From contig CAVYIM010000003.1 in NCBI GenBank assembly GCA_963768655.1, positions 352,001-416,000 of the forward strand: DNA of 64,000 nucleotides, written 5' to 3'. The notes under the pieces were generated by a model. That model was not told the DNA's origin. It saw only the letters and a list, made by a program, of their open reading frames with translations, and searched no databases. The position numbers and the translations under genes were made by a program. The stretch comes from an uncultured Chloroflexia bacterium. Its GTDB lineage: Bacteria; Chloroflexota; Limnocylindria; Limnocylindrales; CSP1-4. The stretch's first letter is position 1; every line of letters starts with the position of its first letter. Of the stretch, positions 55,497 to 64,000 are shown in pieces.

Positions 55497-57161
55497 TCAG
55501 AGACCGCGCGACGGCTGGGCCAGCAGCGCCCTTTCGGCCAGCCCGAGCGGCAGGGAGCCGCTCTCCGCCAGCCGGTCGTGGAAGTCGCGCATGACCGCCA
55601 CCGGCGCCGTCGCGGCGGACCCGGCCGGCAGGCCCCGCGACTCGAGGTAGCGGTCGCGGATGCGCAGGATCTCCAGGCAGCCCGTCAGATAGGCGGAGGC
55701 CTGCGTCGGCCACCAGCAATAGCGCCCGACCTCGGCTCGGGCGGTAGGTTCGGGCGTGGCGGTCTTCTCGACCATGAATCGGACAGCTTCCTCGTGCGAC
55801 ATCTCGCCGATGTGAAGGCTCGTATCGACCACGATCCGGGCCGCGCGGAAGAGCGTGGCCTTGAGGTGGTTGAGCTCCTGGATCGGCTCGGTGAAAAAGC
55901 CGCGCTCGCGCATCAGGCGCTCGGCGTAGAGGCCCCAGCCCTCGTTGAAGTAGGGCGTGCCCAGGACCCGGCGCAACCGCCGGGCGTGTGCCTTGCGGAC
56001 CACCAGGTGCCAGTGATGGCCCGGGTACGCCTCGTGGACCGTGGTCGTGGGAATGTGGCCGAAGCTGTTAGCCGCGAGCCGCTTTGCAATCTCCGCCGCC
56101 GAGGCGCCCTCGGGTGCGAACGGGACGAAGAAGTGGCCACGCATCGAGGCTGCGAACGCCGGCGGCGACATGTACGACGCCACTCCAAGGAGGGGGCGCT
56201 GGAACGGTGGCGACGCCAGGACGTCGCACGACTCGCCCTCGGGGATCGTGACCAGGCCCGTTTCGACGAGGAACTGCCGGGCCTTCGCCGACCACTCCGC
56301 GTAGGTCCGGCGCATCTCCTCCTCGGTCGCCGGATGGTCCTCGTTCGAGCGGTCCAGGACTGCGTTCCAATCGTCGTTGCCCCAGGCCGAGCGCGAGAGG
56401 TCGCGCATCTCGGCCGAGAGTCGGTCGTACTCGGCGCGGCCGCGGTCGCGCAGCGAGCGAGCGTCGTAGGGGAGTGCCTCGCGTTCGCGCAGGAGCCGGG
56501 TATAGCGTTCCTCGCCGAGCTGCCACGATCCGGTAGCGGTGCGGCTCATCGCGTCGAGATGCCCGGCCCAGTCATCCAGGGCACGGGCGGCATCGGCGCC
56601 GGCATCCGCGAGCCTGGCCCTGTTCCGCTCCGCGGCAGCCTCTCTGGGAAGCATCTCGCGGACGTACCTGGCGGTCCCGTGGGCCGCGTCGCGGCCACGT
56701 TCCAGGATCAACGGGTGGGCGAGACTCGGGTCGAGGTTCGCGCGCCCCTGTTCCAGCGCGCGCGTCGCCTGGCCGAGACGCGCCACGGCGGCGTCCACCA
56801 GCTCGGGCTCGGGCCGCAGCCGGTGCAGGAACAGCCCGAACAGCCCGTTCGCGATCGGCCCGCTGTAGGTGACCGGATCGCGTCGCCAGGGCATCCATTC
56901 GGCCATGATCGAGCGCCCGGCCATCATAGCCACGGCCAGGTCGCGATCGATCCGCTCCTCCGGCGCAAGCTCGGCGTCCGGCAGACCGGCGAAGCGCCGG
57001 CTCCATTCGGCGGCCCTGGCCCTGCGCCGGTCGAAAGCCTCGGCCGAAAGATCGTCGAGGCGATCGTCGAATTCCGTCAGACCCAGCCCGCTTGCGCCGA
57101 CGGGCGAATCCTCGAACTCCTGGCCCAGGAACTCTTCTACCAGCTGATCGAAGTCGGCCAT
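55497..57161 (-). CDS. DUF885-family metallopeptidase-like protein
   Basis: HEAYPGHH, EGWGLYAE, RAARIVVDTSLH, EVGRY...PTQASAYLTG, FHDRL...GSLPL. Confidence 0.92.
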   Translation of the reverse strand: MADFDQLVEEFLGQEFEDSPVGASGLGLTEFDDRLDDLSAEAFDRRRARAAEWSRRFAGLPDAELAPEERIDRDLAVAMMAGRSIMAEWMPWRRDPVTYSGPIANGLFGLFLHRLRPEPELVDAAVARLGQATRALEQGRANLDPSLAHPLILERGRDAAHGTARYVREMLPREAAAERNRARLADAGADAARALDDWAGHLDAMSRTATGSWQLGEERYTRLLREREALPYDARSLRDRGRAEYDRLSAEMRDLSRSAWGNDDWNAVLDRSNEDHPATEEEMRRTYAEWSAKARQFLVETGLVTIPEGESCDVLASPPFQRPLLGVASYMSPPAFAASMRGHFFVPFAPEGASAAEIAKRLAANSFGHIPTTTVHEAYPGHHWHLVVRKAHARRLRRVLGTPYFNEGWGLYAERLMRERGFFTEPIQELNHLKATLFRAARIVVDTSLHIGEMSHEEAVRFMVEKTATPEPTARAEVGRYCWWPTQASAYLTGCLEILRIRDRYLESRGLPAGSAATAPVAVMRDFHDRLAESGSLPLGLAERALLAQPSRGL

Positions 57162-57257
57162 CCATTGCTCCTTTTGGACTGCGGTCCATCGTGCCATGAT
57201 CGAGGCCGATGCGTGCGCGCGAACGACGGCGCGGTTCCAGTATGGAGGCGACGGGCG

Positions 57258-57611
57258 ATGGCACTGCGAGAGCTGGTTGGCGGCCTGACGGAGAGTTCCA
57301 CGGTGAAGCGTGTCTTCGGCGCGCCGATCGAAAAGGACGGAGTCCTGGTCATCCCCGTCGCGAACCTGCGCGGCATCTTCGGCGGCGGCGAAGGGGCGCC
57401 GATCGAGGCCGACCCGGGACGGCTTTCGGGATGGGGCGGCGGCGGAGCCTGGTCGGCCACTCCGGCCGGGACCTACGTGCTCAAGAACGGCGAGATCAGC
57501 TGGGTCCCGGCTGTGGATGCGAACCGCTCCGTCCTGCTCGGCTGCTTGACCGGCATCGTCTCGCTGCTGGTGCTGCGGAGCATCGTCCGGACGATCGTGA
57601 AGCGTGGCTGA
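57258..57611 (+). CDS. GerW/YtfJ-family protein
   Basis: VKRVFGAPIEKDGVLVIPVA, GGGEG, GWGGGG...TPAG.YV; C-terminal TM; GGAGG SD. Confidence 0.85.
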   Translation: MALRELVGGLTESSTVKRVFGAPIEKDGVLVIPVANLRGIFGGGEGAPIEADPGRLSGWGGGGAWSATPAGTYVLKNGEISWVPAVDANRSVLLGCLTGIVSLLVLRSIVRTIVKRG

Positions 57612-57917
57612 CGGTCTCAGAAACGCCGATCGGGCGAACCGCGGAGGCAGTCGCCCGATCTAGAGTTGCGTGCCCGCGATCCGTGGGCGCGGCTCATGCC
57701 CGCCGGGTCAGCACGACGCTCGTCGCCGTGAAGCTCGCGACGCGCCACGCCACGAGGAGCGCGAAGGCGCCGAGGGTGATCGGGAAGGAGTTCGAGGCGA
57801 GCAGTCCGAGGTTCTCTCCACGCTGCTCCGCCTCCCCGCGCCGGCCGTGCCCGCCGGGCTGACAGGGCCGTCCGCGCCTCCGTCCGCCGAGGGCCCCGAT
57901 TCGAACGCGTGAAAGTC

Positions 57918-57950
57918 GACGCCCTCCCGGAGGGAGATCGGGAGGGCGTC
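57918..57950. terminator. 12-bp perfect hairpin, terminator/attenuator-like
   Basis: GACGCCCTCCCG-9 nt-CGGGAGGGCGTC, followed by GACTTTC on the minus strand. Confidence 0.5.
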
Positions 57951-58371
57951 AGGGAGCGGATTGAACGGAGTCTTGGACGCGACACGCCGTGGGGCCCGCG
58001 TCGGTATGTGTATTTGTCGCACCCGATCCTGCAGAAATCCTGAAACTCGCGACCGCAGCGGGTCCGGCGTCCGTGCGCCAGTGGGGGCGGGCGACATCCA
58101 GGAGGGCGCGGCCTGACGCACACCCGGACCAGCGGCCAACCGCGGGCGCCACCAACCCGGACGAGCCTGTCCGGGGGCTGGACACGGCTTTGCCCTCGCT
58201 TCATGCTGCGCGGCAGGTTGCCCTCGTTCGTTGATGCGGGGTTCGTCCTTGTTCGACGCAGGCGATGAGGTTCAGACCGGATCCGAGGCCCGCGACGGAA
58301 CTGCCTCGGGAGTGGCAGCTGCGACCGTACAACCCGCCGGGCGCGGCGATGTCGCGGACGGTGGCGCAGCG

Positions 58372-60471
58372 ATGACAGGAGTGGGCCCGGCCGGGCCGGA
58401 CCAGGCGACGCGCCGGGCCGCGCGCCGGCTCGCTTTCGCGGCCGCACTGAGCGTGCCGCCCATGATCGCCGCCCAGGTCGCCTTTCTTCCTTCGGACACC
58501 CGGGCAGTCGGCATCCCGTTGACCCTGCTGGCGGGTGGCGCCCTGCTGGTGGCGCTGTGGACACTCCATGCCGGTGGCCCATGGCTGGCTCTGGTCGGGC
58601 CGGTGGTCGCCGTACTCGACGTGGGGGCCGTCCTCTGCGGAGCCTTGCTTCCTGTTGGGTTGGACATTGCCGTCATCCTGCCCCTCCTAAGCGCAGTGCT
58701 GCTCGTCGCCGTGCTCGATGGCTGGAAGCTGAGGCTCGGTCTGACCGCCGGCTGGCTGTCGGGTGTGGTCGGGTCGGCGCTGGCACGTTCGAGCCCCGGC
58801 CTGGCGTCGATCCCGCACGTTGCGCCGGTTCCGCTGGCGATCGTGTTCGTCGCGGCAGGTACCGGCCTTGGCTACATTGCCCTGGACTGGGCCGCCGCGC
58901 ACTGGCACGCCGTGGCGGCCGAGGCGCGGGCTGCGGCTGAGCAGGCCCGCCTGGCGGAGCTGGCCCAACAGCGCAGCGCCGAGCGATTTCGTGCCCTGCT
59001 CGATCATTCGCCCTTGCCGACGCTGGCATTCGACACCGACGGCCTCATCCGGGTCTGGAACCCTGCCGCGGAGCGATACCTGGGCTGGTCGGCCGCCGAG
59101 GTCATTGGCCAGCACATCGCGAATCTCGTTCCGGAGGAGCAGCGCGCCGGGGTGCGAAGGCGGACCCAGGAGGCGATCGCCACCGGGCAGGTCGCCGGCC
59201 CGCGGCTGACGGGCTTCCTGACCGGGGATAGAGGGGAGGTGCGGGCCGAGGTCCACGATGCCATCGACTGGGGCATCGACGGCAAGCCGGCCGGCGTGGT
59301 CGTCCAGTTCATCGATGTAACCGAGCGCGAGGCGATCGCAGCGCGCCTCGTGGAGGCCCAGCGCCTGGAGGCTGTCGGGCAGCTGGCAGGGGGAGTGGCC
59401 CACGATTTCAACAACAGCCTGACGGCGATCGCCGGTTTCGCTTCGCTGATCGCGACGGGAGAGAGCCCCGATCCTCAGGACGACGCCCGGACGATCCTCG
59501 GCGCCGCCGAGCACGCGTCCATCCTGACGCGCCAGCTTCTGGCGTTCTCGAGACGCGTCCCACTTTCGCCCCAGGCGATCGACCTGCGCGACTTCCTGGC
59601 CGGAGTCGAACCGCTGGTCAGGAGCCTGATCGGGGAGACGATCGTTCTCCGGCGCGAGGCCGATGGCCGGCCCGCGATGGCGGAGGTCGACGCTGCCACG
59701 CTCGAGCAGGCGATTCTCAACCTGGCCACGAACGCGCGGGACGCCATGCCTGAAGGCGGTGAGCTGACGCTCGCCGTGCGGTCCTATCCCGCCTGCGTCG
59801 GCGGGCTCTCGGTGGAGCCCGAGGATCATGTCGCGGTGGTGGTCTCGGATACAGGCGTGGGGATCCCGCCGTCGATCATCAACCGGGTGTTCGAACCGTT
59901 CTTCACCACGAAGCCGTTTGGCAAGGGCTCCGGGTTGGGCCTGCCCATGGTGCACGGCTTCGTGGCCGCGTCGGGAGGGCACGTTGTCGTCAGCTCGCCG
60001 CCCGGCTCGGGCGCGACGCTGGAATTGCACTTCCCCCGCACCGACGCGCGTGTGCCTCGGGCTGACGTCAAGGACCAACCGATCGGTGGCACGGAAGCCG
60101 TGCTGTTCGTAGAAGACGACCCGGGCGTCGCCTCATTCGGGCTGGCCTGCCTGCGCCGCCTCGGTTATGACGTGACGCCGGCCATGAACGGTACCGAGGC
60201 CGGCGCTCTCGCCGCCTCCCGCTCGGAGCCGTTCGACTTGCTCCTGACCGACGTCGTTCTGCCCGGCATGTCTGGCTCCGAGCTTGCCGCGCTGGTTCGT
60301 CGCCATCACCCCGCCACCGCCATCCTCTACGCGTCGGGCTACAGTCCGGAGCACGTCGACGCCGTGGTCAATGGTCCGCAGGCGCCGCTGCTGACGAAGC
60401 CATATTCGCTGGAGCAGCTTGCGTCCACTGTCCGTTCGGTCCTGGACACCCGCCCGAAGGCGACGCGCTGA
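58372..60471 (+). CDS. Hybrid sensor kinase (multi-TM, PAS, HisKA, HATPase, REC)
   Basis: WNPAAERYLGW PAS, LEAVGQLAGGVAHDFNN, NLATNARDAMP, FEPFFTTK..GKGSGLGL, VEDD...LLTDVVLPG...KPY; start approximate. Confidence 0.93.
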   Translation: MTGVGPAGPDQATRRAARRLAFAAALSVPPMIAAQVAFLPSDTRAVGIPLTLLAGGALLVALWTLHAGGPWLALVGPVVAVLDVGAVLCGALLPVGLDIAVILPLLSAVLLVAVLDGWKLRLGLTAGWLSGVVGSALARSSPGLASIPHVAPVPLAIVFVAAGTGLGYIALDWAAAHWHAVAAEARAAAEQARLAELAQQRSAERFRALLDHSPLPTLAFDTDGLIRVWNPAAERYLGWSAAEVIGQHIANLVPEEQRAGVRRRTQEAIATGQVAGPRLTGFLTGDRGEVRAEVHDAIDWGIDGKPAGVVVQFIDVTEREAIAARLVEAQRLEAVGQLAGGVAHDFNNSLTAIAGFASLIATGESPDPQDDARTILGAAEHASILTRQLLAFSRRVPLSPQAIDLRDFLAGVEPLVRSLIGETIVLRREADGRPAMAEVDAATLEQAILNLATNARDAMPEGGELTLAVRSYPACVGGLSVEPEDHVAVVVSDTGVGIPPSIINRVFEPFFTTKPFGKGSGLGLPMVHGFVAASGGHVVVSSPPGSGATLELHFPRTDARVPRADVKDQPIGGTEAVLFVEDDPGVASFGLACLRRLGYDVTPAMNGTEAGALAASRSEPFDLLLTDVVLPGMSGSELAALVRRHHPATAILYASGYSPEHVDAVVNGPQAPLLTKPYSLEQLASTVRSVLDTRPKATR

Positions 60472-60615
60472 CCCGGGGTCTCGCCAGGTCGGCGGAGACG
60501 GGCCAAAGCGATTCTGGGCCGGAGGACGGCCTTCATTGCCGGCTGCCCCAACCTACGTCTTGCCTGTAGAGTTTCCCTGCCGAAACCGCCGTCACCAAGT
60601 ACCAAGGAACGTCCC

Positions 60616-61821
60616 GTGGCCCTGCCGCTTCGCTCCCTCACGCCAGCTCCGCCGGACCCCATCCTCGGCCTGACCGAGACCTTCCGTGCCGACACGCGAC
60701 CGGACAAGGTCAACCTATCGGTTGGCGTATACGTGGACGACAGCGGCGTCACGCCTGTCCTCCCGTCCGTGCTGGAGGCCGAGCGTCGCATGCTGGAGAA
60801 GGCGGGCTCGAAGGGCTACCTTCCGATCGACGGGCGACCCGGCTACAAGAAGGCGGTCCGGGACCTCGTCTTCGGGCCCGACCACGAGATCGTGGAGAGC
60901 GGCCGATCCGCCACGGCCCAGACGCCCGGCGGGACCGGAGCCCTGCGTGTGGCCGCCGACTTCCTGCTCCAGACGGGATCCTCGAAGACGATCTGGCTCA
61001 GCGAGCCCACCTGGCCGAATCATCCCCAGCTCTTCACGCTGGCCGGATTCGGGTTGCGCACCTACCCGTACCTCGATGAATCCGGGCGCGCGGTGGATGT
61101 CGGCAAGATGCTCGCCGCGCTGCGGTCGGCGATTCCGGGCGACGTGGTCCTGCTCCACGGCTCATGCCACAACCCGAGTGGCGTTGACCCGGACGCGGAG
61201 ACATGGGCGGCCATTGCCGAGATCGTCATCGAGCGGGAGCTGATGCCGGTGGTCGATTTCGCCTACCAGGGCTTCGGATTCGGCCTGCGCGAGGACGCCG
61301 ACTGGCTTGCGGGGCTGGCGCGGCCCGGCCTCGAGTTTCTGATCTGCTCGAGCTTCTCCAAGAACTTTGCCCTCTACAACGAGCGCGTCGGCGCACTGAC
61401 CGTCGTGGCGGCCGACTCGACGCGTGCCGGCTCCGCCCTGAGTCACCTCAAGATCGCCATTCGGGCGAACTACTCGAACCCGCCCGCTCATGGCGGGGAC
61501 ATCGTCGAGACGGTCCTCACCGACCCGGCCCTGCGGGCCCAGTGGGAAGTTGACCTGGCCGGGATGCGCAACCGCATCCTCGGCAATCGCGTGGCACTCG
61601 TGAAGGCGCTCGTCGCCGCCGGCGTCCCCGGCAACTGGGATCCGATCGGGCGCCAGCGTGGCATGTTCGCGCTACTCGGGCTCTCGTCCGACCAGGTGGC
61701 CCGTCTTCGCGACGAGTTCGCGGTCTACGTCGTCGGCAAGGGCCGGATCAACGTGGCAGGCCTCACTCCATCAAACATCGACCACGTCGTTGCCGCGGTC
61801 AAGGCGGTGATCGAGGGCTGA
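60616..61821 (+). CDS. aspC: Aspartate/aromatic amino acid aminotransferase (subgroup Ia)
   Basis: PPDPILGL, KVNLSVGVY, QTPGGTGALR, HNPSG.D, DFAYQGFG, SFSKNFALYNERVGA, GRINVAG. Confidence 0.93.
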   Translation: MALPLRSLTPAPPDPILGLTETFRADTRPDKVNLSVGVYVDDSGVTPVLPSVLEAERRMLEKAGSKGYLPIDGRPGYKKAVRDLVFGPDHEIVESGRSATAQTPGGTGALRVAADFLLQTGSSKTIWLSEPTWPNHPQLFTLAGFGLRTYPYLDESGRAVDVGKMLAALRSAIPGDVVLLHGSCHNPSGVDPDAETWAAIAEIVIERELMPVVDFAYQGFGFGLREDADWLAGLARPGLEFLICSSFSKNFALYNERVGALTVVAADSTRAGSALSHLKIAIRANYSNPPAHGGDIVETVLTDPALRAQWEVDLAGMRNRILGNRVALVKALVAAGVPGNWDPIGRQRGMFALLGLSSDQVARLRDEFAVYVVGKGRINVAGLTPSNIDHVVAAVKAVIEG

Positions 61822-61922
61822 CGGCCCGTTGCCGCGGCACTCCTGCACCTGAGCTGGCGGATCTCGCGTCCGCTCCGGAGAACGTTCCTGTCGTCCGTGA
61901 CGTCAGTCGGAGTGGAGGGCTG

Positions 61923-62528
61923 ATGAGGGCCCGACGAGGCGACGACCGAGCGAAAGATGGGCAGCCTGTGGCCGCACGAGTTGCGGTGGAACAAGGACGG
62001 GTCGAGCCGGCTGATGAGTTCACGCGGCTGGCCGATCGCCACCTCGACGCGGCCTACCGGTTGGCCAGCGTCGTCCTGGGAGATCCGACCGAGGCCGAAG
62101 ACGCGGCGCACGACGCGGCTGTCCTGGCGTGGCGGCGCTTCGCGACACTGCGCGATCCAGACCGCTTCGAGCAGTGGTTCTGCCGCATCGTCCTCAACGT
62201 TTGTCGCGACCGACTGCGGCAGCGGCGGCGCCATCCGGTCGTGGAGCTGCCCGCCGAGGACGGTGAACGTGGCGGCTTGCAGGCGCCCGACCAAGCTGGC
62301 CAGCTGCTGGCTCGCGACGCCCTCGATCGAGCCTTCGCTCGCCTCGAGCCCGACCACCAGATCGTGGTCGCGCTGCGGTACTACCGCGATCTGACCGTGG
62401 ACGAGATGGCGCGGCGACTGGGGATCCCCACCGGAACGGTGAAGTCTCGGCTGCACCATGCCATGCGCCGGCTTCGCACCGAGCTCGAACGCCAGGGCTG
62501 GCGCGAGGAGACCTCCGATGAGGAGTGA
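61923..62528 (+). CDS. ECF sigma factor
   Basis: AEDAAHDA, LRDPDRFEQWFCRIVLN.CRD, LRYYRDLTVDEMA...GTVKSRLH; start uncertain. Confidence 0.92.
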   Translation: MRARRGDDRAKDGQPVAARVAVEQGRVEPADEFTRLADRHLDAAYRLASVVLGDPTEAEDAAHDAAVLAWRRFATLRDPDRFEQWFCRIVLNVCRDRLRQRRRHPVVELPAEDGERGGLQAPDQAGQLLARDALDRAFARLEPDHQIVVALRYYRDLTVDEMARRLGIPTGTVKSRLHHAMRRLRTELERQGWREETSDEE

Positions 62529-63669
62529 CCGCGGAGCGCCGGTCGGCGACCAGATCGAGGACGAAGTCCGCACCTGGTTGCGGGCGCGTGATGCCGGGCC
62601 TGCGCCGGAGCGGCTCCGGATGCGGGTTGCCCGCGTGGCCGGTGAGCCGAAGCCTCGGCGGATCACGGCGTTGCTGCGAGCGACTTCCGCTGTTGCCGGC
62701 GCGGCAGTCGTGGCGGCGCTCATTCTCCTGGCAGTCACATTGCGCGGCCCGGCCGGCCCACTGGCCAGCAGTCCGTCCCCGACCCCCGCGCCCCTGTCCA
62801 CGGCCTCGCCGAACGTGCTCCCGCTCATGCCGGTCGGCCCGTGGCCTCGCACGGGTGCGGTGCTGGGGCTGCCCCTGGACGGCACGCCTCTCACGGCGCT
62901 CGCCTGCGTCCTGTTCCTGGCCGCCCTCGCATTGCTCGCCTACCTGGCGCGGCGGTCCTTCGCCGACGCGCGCCGGCCGGCCGGCCGGGAAGACTACCGG
63001 GGCGGTCTCCGAGCGATCCGCTCTCCTCGGGCCTGGATCCTGCGCCTGCTCGGGGCCGTGCTGGTGGCGATTCTGAGCGTGGTCGGCTGCGACCTGGTCC
63101 AGTTCAGCCAGAGTTCTCCGCTGCAGTACGGCAGCGCTGAGGGCGTCGACTCGACACTGCAGCTTGGCTGGAGGGACAGCGCGGGCGGGAGTGAGGAGAC
63201 GTACGTGCCGTTCGTTCCTGGGGGCCAGCTTCCAGCGACGCTCGAGCTCTCCAACCAGGGCGACCTGCCGCTCACAGTCACTTCGTTCGACACGCAGCGC
63301 TTCCGGGCCGAGCAACCTGCGGCGGCATTCATCTCCTCGGTCGAGCTTCGCCTTCCACCGGGGGCGACTATGGGCGGCTTCTACGAGCTCGGCTACTACA
63401 GCGAAGCATTCCATCCATTCGAGTTGCCGCCACACGGTTACACATCGCTCGTGGTCATCCTGCACCTGAAAGCGTGCCCGTCAGTGGTGCCCGGCCCAAC
63501 ACCTGCTGCGAATGCGAGCTCCAGCGGGAACTACCTGCCCACCACCGGCTACGTCACCATCGGGGAGCTTCCCTTCCGCTACAGCATCCTCGGCGTCGAG
63601 CGAGAGACCGAAGTTCGGCTGAACGAAGCTATAGCCCTGGTGTTCGGTTCCAACGCGGTGACCTGCTGA
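62518..63669 (+). CDS. Putative anti-sigma factor with three TM segments and extracellular beta domain
   Basis: Overlaps the sigma end; EVRTWL...APERLRMRV N-terminus; three hydrophobic segments; LELSNQGDLPLTVTS. Confidence 0.72.
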   Translation: MRSDRGAPVGDQIEDEVRTWLRARDAGPAPERLRMRVARVAGEPKPRRITALLRATSAVAGAAVVAALILLAVTLRGPAGPLASSPSPTPAPLSTASPNVLPLMPVGPWPRTGAVLGLPLDGTPLTALACVLFLAALALLAYLARRSFADARRPAGREDYRGGLRAIRSPRAWILRLLGAVLVAILSVVGCDLVQFSQSSPLQYGSAEGVDSTLQLGWRDSAGGSEETYVPFVPGGQLPATLELSNQGDLPLTVTSFDTQRFRAEQPAAAFISSVELRLPPGATMGGFYELGYYSEAFHPFELPPHGYTSLVVILHLKACPSVVPGPTPAANASSSGNYLPTTGYVTIGELPFRYSILGVERETEVRLNEAIALVFGSNAVTC

Positions 63670-64000
63670 TGCCTGACTTCGTGGTGGATTCGATCCTGGC
63701 CGGGGCGGCGATATTCGTGGCGGTCGCGGCGGCGCTGGCTTTCTTCGATGTTGCAGCATTGCCTGTCCCGGAGCAGATGCCACCATTGGTGCCGGCATGG
63801 GCGACTCTCAGCCGGGCATCCAGGCTTCGCCGGGTGGTTGCGGTGATCGTGGTCGTGGCCGTCGTCGCTGCGTTGATCGCCGCTTTCCGGGTCGTGGACG
63901 GCGACCCGCTCCGGGCAACCGGACCTGCCGCCGGTTCGGGCTCTCTGTACATCGGAACCGCACCGGCGACCTACGGCGGGAGCGACAACGTCGTTTTCGC
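63669..64000 (+). CDS. Membrane protein, 3'-truncated by the window edge
   Basis: TGATG-coupled; MPDFVVDSILAGAAIFVAVAAALAFF...VVAVIVVVAVVAALIAAF; frame open to the end of the window. Confidence 0.7.
   Translation, partial: MPDFVVDSILAGAAIFVAVAAALAFFDVAALPVPEQMPPLVPAWATLSRASRLRRVVAVIVVVAVVAALIAAFRVVDGDPLRATGPAAGSGSLYIGTAPATYGGSDNVVF

Noticed and set aside
57258-57611. GerW/YtfJ and SpoIIIAA-like genes as evidence of endospore formation
   Set aside because: Both families occur in non-sporulating bacteria, and no other sporulation genes are present.

Overview
A 64 kb, very GC-rich, gene-dense bacterial chromosomal window with about 57 genes. I saw no rRNA, tRNA, CRISPR array, transposase or prophage. 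Gene content and style suggest a high-GC Chloroflexota-like or Actinobacteria-like organism; this is inference, not tested. Housekeeping genes include uppP, nth, galE, a CCA-type nucleotidyltransferase, udgB, pdxST, tmk, darA and aspC. Most notable: (1) a cobalamin-riboswitch-led operon in which two separately membrane-anchored surface proteins resemble the alpha-barrel and beta domains of animal transcobalamin, followed by a full ECF transporter (a candidate split-transcobalamin B12 capture system); (2) a glucosylglycerate operon combining a one-step synthase, a tandem-USP/GpgS fusion, glycerate kinase and endonuclease III; (3) an intact ATP-dependent-ligase-fold protein lacking the key residue of each catalytic motif; (4) a degenerate GAF-GGDEF protein with an intact I-site, divergent from the c-di-AMP receptor darA; (5) a Cys-rich leaderless micro-ORF coupled to a His-rich Ni/Co transporter; (6) nine putative leaderless starts (TAnnnT-N6/7-start codon); (7) three ECF sigma/anti-sigma pairs, and orphan Tad pilin genes behind an orphan response regulator; (8) three +1 frameshifts that can all be read as insertions into the hexamer GATTCG, probably sequencing artefacts. 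All calls come from reading motifs by eye; no database search was run.
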